Source: Balanoglossus misakiensis (lineage: Eukaryota > Animalia > Hemichordata). From it: a stretch of 64,000 nt of DNA. A program made the position numbers and the translations under genes. Under the pieces are notes generated by a model that worked only from the letters and a program-made list of their open reading frames with translations, ran no database searches and was not told the DNA's origin. The DNA is taken from assembly GCA_040954595.2 (NCBI GenBank), contig CM082589.2:9436894-9500893 (forward strand). Reading direction: 5' to 3'. Shown here piece by piece: positions 13,361-28,300 of the stretch; the stretch's first letter is position 1, and each line of letters starts with the position of its first letter.

Positions 13361-16300
13361 CTAAACTTTGACACCGGGGTTTAAAATGCATACAGGGATA
13401 CTAAAAGTTGACTGAAATCCCTTGGTTAATACGTGTCCAAAAGCAATCCTATTTGACATTGCTAATGCAATGATGACATTGAATTTGATTCTTTGCATTA
13501 GGGGGAATGGCGATGCAAGCTTGATGATGCAGCCAGGTAGATAGTGATGCAAACACTTCACTTTGACATAGGTATTTAATGCATGTGCATGGGTATTTAA
13601 TGTTGACTGTAAATCCCCAGGTTAATACGTGGCCAAAAGCACTGTAATTTGACATTGCTAATGCTACCGTGACACTAAATCTGATTCTTGCATCAGGGTA
13701 AATTGTGAAGCAAGCTTGATGATGCATCATGATAGATGGTGTTTCAAGCCCTTCACATTGACATTGGAATATAACGCATAAGGGGATTTAAAGTTGATTG
13801 TAAATCCTCAGGTTAATACGTGGCCATAAGCAATGTAATTTGACATTGCTAATGCAACGATGATATTGAATCTGATTCTTTGCATCAGGGTAAATGGCGA
13901 TGCAAGCTTGATGATGCATCCCGGTAGATAGTGATGCAAACACTTCACTTTGACATGGGTATTTAATGCATGCACATTGATATTTAAAGTTGACTCTAAA
14001 TCCCGAGGTTAATACATGGCCAAAAGCACTGTAATTTAAAATTACTAATGCAAGCGTGACATTGAATATGGATAAATGGTGAAGCAAACGTGATGATGCA
14101 TCAGGATAGATGGTGTTTCAAGCCCTTCAGATTGACTTTTGAATATAATGCATATGGGGATTTAAAGTTGATTGTAAATCCCTAGGTTAATACATGGCCA
14201 AAAGCACTTTTATTTGACATTGCTAATGCAACGGTGACATTGAATCTGATTCTATGCATCAGGGTAAATGGCGATACAGGCTTGATGATGCATCACGGTA
14301 GATAGTGATGCAAACAGTTCACTTTGACATGGGTATTAAATGCATATGGGGATTTCAAGTTGATTACAAATCCCTGGGTTAATACGCATCCAAAAGCACT
14401 GTAATTTGACATTGCTAATGAAATGGTGACATTGAATGTAATTCTTTGCATTAGGGGAAATGGCTAAAAAGCTTAATGATGCATTGGAGTAGATGGTGAT
14501 GCAAGCTATGCATTTTGACATAGGTATTTAATGCATGTGCATGGGTATTTAATGTTGACTGTAAATCCCTAGGTTAATACATGTCCAAAAGCACTGTAAT
14601 TTAAAATTGCTAATGCAAGGGTGACATTGAATCTGATTCTTTGCATCAGGGCAAATTCTGAAGAATGCTTGATGATGCACCAGGGTCAATGGTGATGCAA
14701 TCACTAAGCTTTGACACCGGGGTTTAAAATGTATACAGGGGGATTAAAAGTTGACTGAAAATCCCTGGGTTAATACAAGTCCAAAAGCACTGTAATTTAA
14801 AATTGCTAATGCAATGGTGACATTGAATGTGATTCTTTGCATTAGGGGATTTGGCTTAGCAAGCCTAATGGTGCATCAGAGTAGATGGTGATGCAAGCTC
14901 TGCACTTTGACATAGGTATTTAATGCATATGCATGGGTGTTTGATGTTGACTGTAAATCCTCAGGTTAATACGTGGCCATAAGCACTGTAATTTGACATT
15001 GCTAATGCTACAGTGACATTGAATCTGATTCTTTGCATTAGGGCAAATGGCGAAGCAAGCTTGATGATGCATCACGGTAGATATTGATGCAAACACTTCA
15101 CTTTGACATGGGTATTTAATGCATGCGCATTGATATTTAAAGTTGACTCTAAATCCCGAGGTTAACACATGGCCAAAAGCACTGTAATTTAAAATTACTA
15201 ATGCAAGGGTGACATTGAATATGGATAAATGGTGGAGCAAGCTTGATGATGCATCATGATAGATGGTGTTTCAAGCCCTTCACATTGACATTGGAATATA
15301 ACGCATAAGGGGATTTAAAGTTGATTGTAAATCCTCAGGTTAATACGTGGCCATAAGCAATGTAATTTGACATTGCTAATGCAACGATGATATTGAATCT
15401 GATTCTTTGCATCAGGGTAAATGGCGATGCAAGCTTGATGATGCATCCCGGGAGATAGTGATGCAAACACTTCACTTTGACATGGGTATTTAATGCATGC
15501 ACATTGATATTTAAAGTTGACTCTAAATCCCGAGGTTAATACATGGCCAAAAGCACTGTAATTTAAAATTACTAATGCATGCGTGACATTGAATATGGAT
15601 AAATGGTGAAGCAAACGTGATGATGCATCAGGATAGATGGTGTTTGAAGCCCTTCACATTGACTTTTGAATATAATGCATATGGGGATTTCAAGTTGATT
15701 GTAAATCCCTAGGTTAATACATGGCCAAAAGCACTTTTATTTGACATTGCTAATGCAACAGTGACATTGAATCTGATTCTATGCATCAGGGTAAATGGCG
15801 ATACAGGCTTGATGATGCATCACGGTAGATAGTGATGCAAACAGTTCACTTTGACATGGGTATTAAATGCATATGGGGATTTCAAGTTGATTACAAATCC
15901 CTGGGTTAATACGCATCCAAAAGCACTGTAATTTGACATTGCTAATGAAATGGTGACATTGAATGTAATTCTTTGCATTAGGGGAAATGGCTAAAAAGCT
16001 TAATGATGCATTGGAGTAGATGGTGATGCAAGCTATGCATTTTGACATAGGTATTTAATGCATGTGAATGGGTATTTAATGTTGACTGTAAATCCCGAGG
16101 TTAATACATGTCCAAAAGCACTGTAATTTAAAATTGCTAATGCAAGGGTGACATTGAATCTGATTCTTTGCATCAGGGCAAATTCTGAAGAATGCTTGAT
16201 GATGCACCAGGGTCAATGGTGATGCAATCACTAAGCTTTGACACCGGGGTTTAAAATGTATACAGGGGGATTAAAAGTTGACTGAAAATCCCTGGGTTAA

Positions 16301-19300
16301 TACAAGTCCAAAAGCACTGTAATTTAAAATTGCTAATGCAATGGTGACATTGAATGTGATTCTTTGCATTAGGGGAAATGGCTTAGCAAGCCTAATGGTG
16401 CATCAGAGTAGATGGTGATGCAAGCTCTGCACTTTGACATAGGTATTTAATGCATATGCATGGGTGTTTGATGTTGACTGTAAATCCTCAGGTTAATACG
16501 TGGCCATAAGCACTGTAATTTGACATTGCTAATGCTACAGTGACATTGAATCTGATTCTTTGCATTAGGGCAAATGGCGAAGCAAGCTTGATGATGCATC
16601 ACGGTAGATATTGATGCAAACACTTCACTTTGACATGGGTATTTAATGCATGCGCATTGATATTTAAAGTTGACTCTAAATCCCGAGGTTAACACATGGC
16701 CAAAAGCACTGTAATTTAAAATTACTAATGCAAGGGTGACATTGAATATGGATAAATGGTGAAGCAAGCTTGATGATGCATCATGATAGATGGTGTTTCA
16801 AGCCCTTCACATTGACATTGGAATATAACGCATAAGGGGATTTAAAGTTGATTGTAAATCCTCAGGTTAATACGTGGCCATAAGCAATGTAATTTGACAT
16901 TGCTAATGCAACGATGATATTGATCTGATTCTTTGCATCAGGGTAAATGGCGATGCAAGCTTGATGATGCATCACGGTAGATATTGATGCAAACACTTCA
17001 CTTTGACATGGGTATTTAATGCATGCACATTGATATTTAAAGTTGACTCTAAATCCCGAGGTTAATACATGGCCAAAAGCACTGTAATTTAAAATTACTA
17101 ATGCAAGGGTGACATTGAATATGGATAAATGGTGAAGCAAGCTTGATGATGCATCATGATAGATAAATTACTAATGCAAGGGTGACATTGAATATGGATA
17201 AATGGTGAAGCAAGCTTGATGATGCATCATGATAGATTGTGTTTCAAGCCCTTCACATTGACATTGGAATATAACGCATAAGGGGATTTAAAGTTGATTG
17301 TAAATCCTCAGGTTAATACGTGGCCATAAGCAATGTAATTTGACATTGCTAATGCAACGATGATATTGAATCTGATTCTTTGCATCAGGGTAAATGGCGA
17401 TGCAAGCTTGATGATGCATCCCGGTAGATAGTGATGTAAACACTTCACTTTGACATGGGTATTTAATGCATGCACATTGATATTTAAAGTTGACTCTAAA
17501 TCCCGAGGTTAATACATGGCCAAAAGCACTGTAATTTAAAATTACTAATGCAAGCGTGACATTGAATATGGATAAATGGTGAAGCAAACGTGATGATGCA
17601 TCAGGATAGATGGTGTTTGAAGCCCTTCACATTGACTTTTGAATATAATGCATATGGGGATTTCAAGTTGATTGTAAATCCCTAGGTTAATACATGGCCA
17701 AAAGCACTTTTATTTGACATTGCTAATGCAATGGTGACATTGAATCTAATTCTATGCATAAGGGTAAATGGCGATACAGGCTTGATGATGCATCACGGTA
17801 GATAGTGATGCAAACAGTTCACTTTGACATGGGTATTAAATGCATATGGGGATTTCAAGTTGATTACAAATCCCTGGGTTAATACGCATCCAAAAGCACT
17901 GTAATTTGACATTGCTAATGCAACGGTGACATTGAATCTGATTCTATGCATAAGGGTAAATGGCGATGCAGGCTTGATGATGCATCACGGTAGATAGTGA
18001 TGCATACAGTTCACTTTGACATGGGTATTAAATGCATATGGGGATTTCAAGTTGATTACAAATCCTTGGGTTAATACGCATCCAAAAGCACTGTAATTTG
18101 ACATTGCTAATGAAATGGTGACATTGAATGTAATTCTTTGCATTAGGGGAAATGGCTAAGCAAGGTTAATGATGCATTGGAGTAGATGGTGATGCAAGCT
18201 ATGCATTTTGACATAGGTATTTAATGCATGTGCATGGGTATTTAATGTTGACTGTAAATCCCTGGGTTAATACAAGTCCAAAAGCACCGTAATTTGACAT
18301 TGATAATACAACGGTGATATTTAATCTGATTCTTTGCATCAGGGCAAATGGTGAAGCAAGCTTAATGATGCATCGGAGTATATGGTGATGCAAGCTCTGC
18401 ATTTTGACATAGGTATTAAATGTATATGCATGGGTATTTAAAGTTGTCTGTAAATCCCCAGGTTAATACGTGGCCATAATCACTGTAATTTGACATTGCG
18501 AATGCAACAGTGACATTTAATCTGATTCTTTGCATTAAGGCAAATGGCGAAGCATGCTTGACGATGCATTACTGTAGATAGTGGTGCAAACACTTGGCTT
18601 TGACATGGGTATAAAAAGCATATGGGGATTTCAAGTTGATTATAAATCCCGATGTTAATACATGTCCAAAAGCACTGTAATTTAAAATTGCTAATGCAAG
18701 GGTGACATTGAATCTGATTCTTTGCATCAGGGCAAATTCTGAAGAATGCTTGATGATGCACCAGGGTCAATGGTGATGCAATCACTAAGCTTTGACACCG
18801 GGGTTTAAAATGTATACAGGGGGATTAAAAGTTGACTGAAAATCCCTGGGTTAATACAAGTCCAAAAGCACTGTAATTTAAAATTGCTAATGCAATGGTG
18901 ACATTGAATGTGATTCTTTGCATTAGGGGAAATGGCTTAGCAAGCCTAATGGTGCATCAGAGTAGATGGTGATGCAAGCTCTGCACTTTGACATAGGTAT
19001 TTAATGCATATGCATGGGTGTTTGATGTTGACTGTAAATCCTCAGGTTAATACGTGGCCATAAGCACTGTAATTTGACATTGCTAATGCTACAGTGACAT
19101 TGAATCTGATTCTTTGCATTAGGGCAAATGGCGAAGCAAGCTTGATGATGCATCACGGTAGATATTGATGCAAACACTTCACTTTGACATGGGTATTTAA
19201 TGCATGCACATTGATATTTAAAGTTGACTCTAAATCCCAAGGTTAATACATGGCCAAAAGCACTGTAATTTGACATTGCTAATGCTACAGTGACATTGAA

Positions 19301-22300
19301 TCTGATTCTTTGCATTAGGGCAAATGGCGAAGCAAGCTTGATGATGCATCACGGTAGATATTGATGCAAACACTTCACTTTGACATGGGTATTTAATGCA
19401 TGCGCATTGATATTTAAAGTTGACTCTAAATCCCGAGGTTAATACATGGCCAAAAGCACTGTAATTTAAAATTACTAATGCAAGGGTGACATTGAATATG
19501 GATAAATGGTGAAGCAAGCTTGATGATGCATCATGATAGATGGTGTTTCAAGCCCTTCACATTGACATTGGAATATAACGCATAAGGGGATTTAAAGTTG
19601 ATTGTAAATCCTCAGGTTAATACGTGGCCATAAGCAATGTAATTTGACATTGCTAATGCAACGATGATATTGAATCTGATTCTTTGCATCAGGGCAAATG
19701 GCGAAGCAAGCTTGATGATGCATCACGGTAGATATTGATGCAAACACTTCACTTTGACATGGGTATTTAATGCATGCACATTGATATTTAAAGTTGACTC
19801 AAAATCCCAAGGTTAATACATGGCCAAAAGCACTGTAATTTAAAATTACTAATGCAAGCGTGACATTGAATATGGATAAATGGTGAAGCAAATGTGATGA
19901 TGCATCAGGATAGATGGTGTTTCAAGCCCTTCACATTGACTTTTGAATATAATGCATATGGGGATTTAAAGTTGATTGTAAATCCCTAGGTTAATACATG
20001 GCCAAAAGCACTTTTATTTGACATTGCTAATGCAACGGTGACATTGAATCTGATTCTATGCATCAGGGTAAATGGCGATACAGGCTTGATGATGCATCAC
20101 GGTAGATAGTGATGCAAACAGTTCACTTTGACATGGGTATTAAATGCATATGGGGATTTCAAGTTGATTACAAATCCCTGGGTTAATACGCATCCAAAAG
20201 CACTGTAATTTGACATTGCTAATGAAATGGTGACATTGAATGTAATTCTTTGCATTAGGGGAAATGGCTAAAAAGCTTAATGATGCATTGGAGTAGATGG
20301 TGATGCAAGCTATGCATTTTGACATAGGTATTTAATGCATGTGCATGGGTATTTAATGTTGACTGTAAATCCCTAGGTTAATACATGTCCAAAAGCACTG
20401 TAATTTAAAATTGCTAATGCAAGGGTGACATTGAATCTGATTCTTTGCATCAGGGCAAATTCTGAAGAATGCTTGATGATGCACCAGGGTCAATGGTGAT
20501 GCAATCACTAAGCTTTGACACCGGGGTTTAAAATGTATACATGGGGATTAAAAGTTGACTGAAAATCCCTGGGTTAATACAAGTCCAAAAGCACTATAAT
20601 TTAAAATTGCTAATGCAATGGTGACATTGAATGTGATTCTTTGCATTAGGGGAAATGGCTTAGCAAGCCTAATGGTGCATCAGAGTAGATGGTGATGCAA
20701 GCTCTGCACTTTGACATAGGTATTTAATGCATATGCATGGGTGTTTGATGTTGACTGTAAATCCTCAGGTTAATACGTGGCCATAAGCACTGTAATTTGA
20801 CATTGCTAATGCTACAGTGACATTGAATCTGATTCTTTGCATTAGGGCAAATGGCGAAGCAAGCTTGATGATGCATCACGGTAGATATTGATGCAAACAC
20901 TTCACTTTGACATGGGTATTTAATGCATGTGCATTGATATTTAAAGTTGACTCTAAATCCCGAGGTTAACACATGGCCAAAAGCACTGTAATTTAAAATT
21001 ACTAATGCAAGGGTGACATTGAATATGGATAAATGGTGAAGCAAGCTTGATGATGCATCATGATAGATTGTGTTTCAAGCCCTTCACATTGACATTGGAA
21101 TATAACGCATAAGGGGATTTAAAGTTGATTGTAAATCCTCAGGTTAATACGTGGCCATAAGCAATGTAATTTGACATTGCTAATGCAACGATGATATTGA
21201 ATCTGATTCTTTGCATCAGGGTAAATGGCGATGCAAGCTTGATGATGCATCCCGGTAGATAGTGATGCAAACACTTCACTTTGACATGGGTATTTAATGC
21301 ATGCACATTGATATTTAAAGTTGACTCTAAATCCCGAGGTTAATACATGGCCAAAAGCACTGTAATTTAAAATTACTAATGCAAGCGTGACATTGAATAT
21401 GGATAAATGGTGAAGCAAACGTGATGATGCATCAGGATAGATGGTGTTTGAAGCCCTTCACATTGACTTTTGAATATAATGCATATGGGGATTTCAAGTT
21501 GATTGTAAATCCCTAGGTTAATACATGGCCAAAAGCACTTTTATTTGACATTGCTAATGCAACGGTGACATTGAATCTAATTCTATGCATCAGGGTAAAT
21601 GGCGATACAGGCTTGATGATGCATCACGGTAGATAGTGATGCAAACAGTTCACTTTGACATGGGTATTAAATGCATATGGGGATTTCAAGTTGATTACAA
21701 ATCCCTGGGTTAATACGCATCCAAAAGCACTGTAATTTGACATTGCTAATGCAACGGTGACATTGAATCTGATTCTATGCATAAGGGTAAATGGCGATGC
21801 AGGCTTGATGATGCATCACGGTAGATAGTGATGCATACAGTTCACTTTGACATGGGTATTAAATGCATATGGGGATTTCAAGTTGATTACAAATCCTTGG
21901 GTTAATACGCATCCAAAAGCACTGTAATTTGACATTGCTAATGAAATGGTGACATTGAATGTAATTCTTTGCATTAGGGGAAATGGCTAAGCAAGGTTAA
22001 TGATGCATTGGAGTAGATGGTGATGCAAGCTATGCATTTTGACATAGGTATTTAATGCATGTGCATGGGTATTTAATGTTGACTGTAAATCCCTGGGTTA
22101 ATACAAGTCCAAAAGCACCGTAATTTGACATTGATAATACAACGGTGATATTTAATCTGATTCTTTGCATCAGGGCAAATGGTGAAGCAAGCTTAATGAT
22201 GCATCGGAGTATATGGTGATGCAAGCTCTGCATTTTGACATAGGTATTAAATGTATATGCATGGGTATTTAAAGTTGTCTGTAAATCCCCAGGTTAATAC

Positions 22301-25300
22301 GTGGCCATAATCACTGTAATTTGACATTGCGAATGCAACAGTGACATTTAATCTGATTCTTTGCATTAAGGCAAATGGCGAAGCATGCTTGACGATGCAT
22401 TACTGTAGATAGTGGTGCAAACACTTGGCTTTGACATGGGTATAAAAAGCATATGGGGATTTCAAGTATATTATAAATCCCTGCGTTAATACGTGTCCAA
22501 AAGCACTGTAATTTGACATTGCTAATGCAATGTTGACACTATATCTGAGTCTTTGCATCAGGGCAAATGGCGAAGCAGCTTGATGATGCATCAGGATAGA
22601 TGGTGATGCAAGCTCTGCACTTTGACATGGGGATTAAATGCATGCTGAGGGGGATTTAAAGTTGTCAAAACAAACTTGATGATGCATCAGGGTAGATGGT
22701 ATTTCAAGCCTTTCACATTGACATTGGAATATAACGCATATGGGGATTTAAAGTTGATTGTAAATCCCCAGGTTGATACGTGGCCATAAGCACTGTGGTT
22801 TGACATTGCTAATGCTACCGTGACATTGAATGTGATCCTATGCATCAGGGTAAATGGCGATACAGGCTTGATGATGCATCACAGTAGATAGTGATGCAAA
22901 CAGTTCACTTTGACATGGGTATTAAATGCATATGGGGATTTGAATTTGATTACAAATCCCTGGGTTAATACGCGTCCAAAAGCAATGTAATATGACATTG
23001 CTAATGAAATGGTGACATTGAATGTAATTCTTTGCATTAGGGGAAATGGCTGAGCAAGCTTAATGATGCATCGGAGTATATGGTGATGCAAGCTCTGCAT
23101 TTTGACATAGGTATTAAATGTATATGCATGGGTATTTAAAGTTGTCTGTAAATCCCCAGATTAATATGTGGCCATAATCACTGTAATTTGACATTGCTAA
23201 TGCTACCGTGATACTAAATCTGATTCTTTGCATCAGGGTAAATTGTGAAGCAAGCTTGATGATGTATCATGATAGATGGTGTTTCAAGCCCTTCACATTG
23301 ACATTGGAATATAACGCATATGGGGATTTAAAGTTGATTGTAAATCCCCAGGTTAATACATGGCCAAAAGCACTGTAATTTAAAATTGCTAATGCAATGG
23401 GTGACATTGAATGTGATTCTTTGCATTAGGGGAAATGGCGTAGCAAGCCTAATGGTGCATCAGAGTAGATGGTGATGCAAGCTCTGCACTTTGACATAGG
23501 TATTTAATGCATATGCATGGGTATTTAATGTTGACTGTAAATCCTCAGGTTAATACGTGGCCATAAGCACTGTAATTTGACATTGCTAATGCAATGGTGA
23601 CATTGAATGTGATTCTTTGCATCAGGGCAAATGGCGAAGCAGCTTGATGATGCATCAGGATAGATGGTGATGCAAGCTCTGCACTTTGACATGGGGATTA
23701 AATGCATGCTGAGGGGGATTTAAAGTTGTCAAAACAAACTTGATGATGCATCAGGGTAGATGGTATTTCAAGCCTTTCACATTGACATTGGAATATAACG
23801 CATATGGGGATTTAAAGTTGATTGTAAATCCCCAGGTTGATACGTGGCCATAAGCACTGTGGTTTGACATTGCTAATGCTACCGTGACATTGAATGTGAT
23901 CCTATGCATCAGGGTAAATGGCGATACAGGCTTGATGATGCATCACAGTAGATAGTGATGCAAACAGTTCACTTTGACATGGGTATTAAATGCATATGGG
24001 GATTTGAATTTGATTACAAATCCCTGGGTTAATACGCGTCCAAAAGCAATGTAATATGACATTGCTAATGAAATGGTGACATTGAATGTAATTCTTTGCA
24101 TTAGGGGAAATGGCTGAGCAAGCTTAATGATGCATTGGAGTAGATGGTGATGCAAGCTATGCATTGTGACATAGGTATTTAATGCATGTGCATGGGTATT
24201 TAATGTTGACTGTAAATCCCCAGGTTAATACATGTCCAAAAGCACTGTAATTTGACATTGATAATACAACGGTGACATTTAATCTGATTCTTTGCATCAG
24301 GGCAAATGGTGAAGCAAGCTTAATGATGCATCGGAGTATATGGTGATGCAAGCTCTGCATTTTGACATAGGTATTAAATGTATATGCATGGGTATTTAAA
24401 GTTGTCTGTAAATCCCCAGATTAATATGTGGCCATAATCACTGTAATTTGACATTGCTAATGCTACCGTGATACTAAATCTGATTCTTTGCATCAGGGTA
24501 AATTGTGAAGCAAGCTTGATGATGTATCATGATAGATGGTGTTTCAAGCCCTTCACATTGACATTGGAATATAACGCATATGGGGATTTAAAGTTGATTG
24601 TAAATCCCCAGGTTAATACATGGCCAAAAGCACTGTAATTTAAAATTGCTAATGCAATGGTGACATTGAATGTGATTCTTTGCATTAGGGGAAATGGCGT
24701 AGCAAGCCTAATGGTGCATCAGAGTAGATGGTGATGCAAGCTCTGCACTTTGACATAGGTATTTAATGCATATGCATGGGTATTTAATGTTGACTGTAAA
24801 TCCTCAGGTTAATACGTGGCCATAAGCACTGTAATTTGACATTGCTAATGCAATGGTGACATTGAATGTGATTCTTTGCATCAGGGTGAATGGCGAAGCA
24901 GCTTGATGATGCATCAGGATAGATGGTGATGCAAGCTCTGCACTTTGACATGGGGATTAAATGCATGCTGAGGGGGATTTAAAGTTGTCAAAACAAACTT
25001 GATGATGCATCAGGGTAGATGGTATTTCAAGCCTTTCACATTGACATTGGAATATAACGCATATGGGGATTTAAAGTTGATTGTAAATCCCCAGGTTGAT
25101 ACGTGGCCATAAGCACTGTGGTTTGACATTGCTAATGCTACCGTGACATTGAATGTGATCCTATGCATCAGGGTAAATGGCGATACAGGCTTGATGATGC
25201 ATCACAGTAGATAGTGATGCAAACAGTTCGCTTTGACATGGGTATTAAATGCATATGGGGATTTGAATTTGATTACAAATCCCTGGGTTAATACGCGTCC

Positions 25301-28300
25301 AAAAGCAATGTAATATGACATTGCTAATGAAATGGTGACATTGAATGTAATTCTTTGCATTAGGGGAAATGGCTGAGCAAGCTTAATGATGCATTGGAGT
25401 AGATGGTGATGCAAGCTATGCATTGTGACATAGGTATTTAATGCATGTGCATGGGTATTTAATGTTGACTGTAAATCCCCAGGTTAATACATGTCCAAAA
25501 GCACTGTAATTTGACATTGATAATACAACGGTGACATTTAATCTGATTCTTTGCATCAGGGCAAATGGTGAAACAAGCTTAATGATGCATCGGAGTATAT
25601 GGTGATGCAAGCTCTGCATTTTGACATAGGTATTAAATGTATATGCATGGGTATTTAAAGTTGTCTGTAAATCCCCAGATTAATATGTGGCCATAATCAC
25701 TGTAATTTGACATTGCTAATGCTACCGTGATACTAAATCTGATTCTTTGCATCAGGGTAAATTGTGAAGCAAGCTTGATGATGTATCATGATAGATGGTG
25801 TTTCAAGCCCTTCACATTGACATTGGAATATAACGCATATGGGGATTTAAAGTTGATTGTAAATCCCCAGGTTAATACATGGCCAAAAGCACTGTAATTT
25901 AAAATTGCTAATGCAATGGTGACATTGAATGTGATTCTTTGCATTAGGGGAAATGGCGTAGCAAGCCTAATGGTGCATCAGAGTAGATGGTGATGCAAGC
26001 TCTGCACTTTGACATAGGTATTTAATGCATATGCATGGGTATTTAATGTTGACTGTAAATCCTCAGGTTAATACGTGGCCATAAGCACTGTAATTTGACA
26101 TTGCTAATGCAATGGTGACATTGAATGTGATTCTTTGCATCAGGGTGAATGGCGAAGCAGCTTGATGATGCATCAGGATAGATGGTGATGCAAGCTCTGC
26201 ACTTTGACATGGGGATTAAATGCATGCTGAGGGGGATTTAAAGTTGTCAAAACAAACTTGATGATGCATCAGGGTAGATGGTATTTCAAGCCCTTCACAT
26301 AGACATTGGAACATAATGCATATGGGGATTTAAAGTTGATTGTAAATTCCTAGGTTAATACGTGGCCAAAAGCACTGTAGTTTAACATTGCGAATGCAAC
26401 GGTGACATTGAATGTGATCCAATGCATCAGGGTAAATGGCGATACAGGCTTGATGATGCATCACAGTAGATAGTGATGCAAACAGTTCGCTTTGACATGG
26501 GTATTAAATGCATATGGGGATTTCAAGTTGATTACAAATCCCTGGGTTAATACGCGTCCAAAAGCAATGTAATATGACATTGCTAATGAAATGGTGACAT
26601 TGAATGTAATTCTTTGCATTAGGGGAAATGGCTAAGCAAGCTTAATGATGCATTGGAGTAGATGGTGATGCAAGCTATGCATTGTGAGATAGGTATTTAA
26701 TGCATGTGCATGGGTATTTAATGTTGACTGTAAATCCCTAGGTTAATACATGTCCAAAAGCACTGTAATTTTAAATTGCTAATGCAAGGGTGACATTGAA
26801 TCTAATTCTTTGCATCAGGGCAAATTCTGAAGAATGCTTGATGATGCACCAGGGTCAATGGTGATGCAATCACTAAATTTTTACACCGGGGTTTAAAATG
26901 TATACAGGGGGATTAAAAGTTGACTGAAAATCCCTGGGTTAATACAAGTCCAAAAGCACCGTAATTTGACATTGATAATACAACGGTGACATTTAATCTG
27001 ATTCTTTGCATCAGGGCAAATGGTGAAGCAAGCTTAATGATGCATTGGAGTAGATGGTGATGCAAGCTATGCATTGTGACATAGGTATTTAATGCATGTG
27101 CATGGGTATTTAATGTTGACTGTAAATCCCCAGGTTAATACGTGGCCATAATCACTGTAATTTGACATTGCTAATGCTACCGTGATACTAAATCTGATTG
27201 TTTGCATCAGGGTAAATTGTGAAGCAAGCTTGATGATATATCATGATAGATGGTGTTTCAAGACCTTCACATTGACATTGGAATATAACGCATATGGGGA
27301 TTTAAAGTTGATTGTAAATCCCCAGGTTAATACATGGCCAAAAGCACTGTAATTTAAAATTGCTTATGCAATGGTGACATTGAATGTGATTCTTTGCATT
27401 AGGGGAAATGGCGTAGCAAGCCTAATGGTGCATCAGAGTAGATGGTGATGCAAGCTCTGCACTTTGACATAGGTATTTAATGTATATGCATGGGTATTTA
27501 ATGTTGACAGTAAATCCTCAGGTTAATATGTGGCCATAAGCACTGTAATTTGACATTGCTAATGCAACGATGATATTGAATCTTATTCTTTGCATCAGGG
27601 TAAATGGCGATGCAAGCTTGATGATGCATCTCGGTAGATAGTGATGCAAACACTTCACTTTGACATGGGTGTTAAATGCATATGAGGATTTGCTAATGCT
27701 ACGGTGACACTAAATCTGATTCTTTGCATCAGGGAAAATGGTGAAGCAAGCTTGATGATGCATCAGGATAGATGGTGTTTCAAGCCCTTCACATTGACAT
27801 TAGAATATAATGCATATGGGGATTTAAAGTTGATTGTAAATCCCCAGGTTAGTATACGGCCAAACGCACAATAATTTGATATTGCTAATGCAACAGTGAC
27901 ATTGAATCTGATTCTTTGCATTAGGGCAAATGGTGAAGCAAGCTTAATGATGCATTGGAGGAGATGGTGATGCAAGCTATGCATTGTGACATAGGTATTT
28001 AATGCATGTGCATGGGTATTTAATGTTGACTGTAAATCCCCAGGTTAATACGTGGCCATAATCACTGTAATTTGACATTGCTAATGCTACCGTGATACTA
28101 AATCTGATTGTTTGCATCAGGGTAAATTGTGAAGCAAGCTTGATGATGTATCATGATAGATGGTGTTTCAAGACCTTCACATTGACATTGGAATATAACG
28201 CATATGGGGATTTAAAGTTGATTGTAAATCCCCAGGTTAATACATGGCCAAAAGCACTGTAATTTAAAATTGCTAATGCAATGGTGACATTGAATGTGAT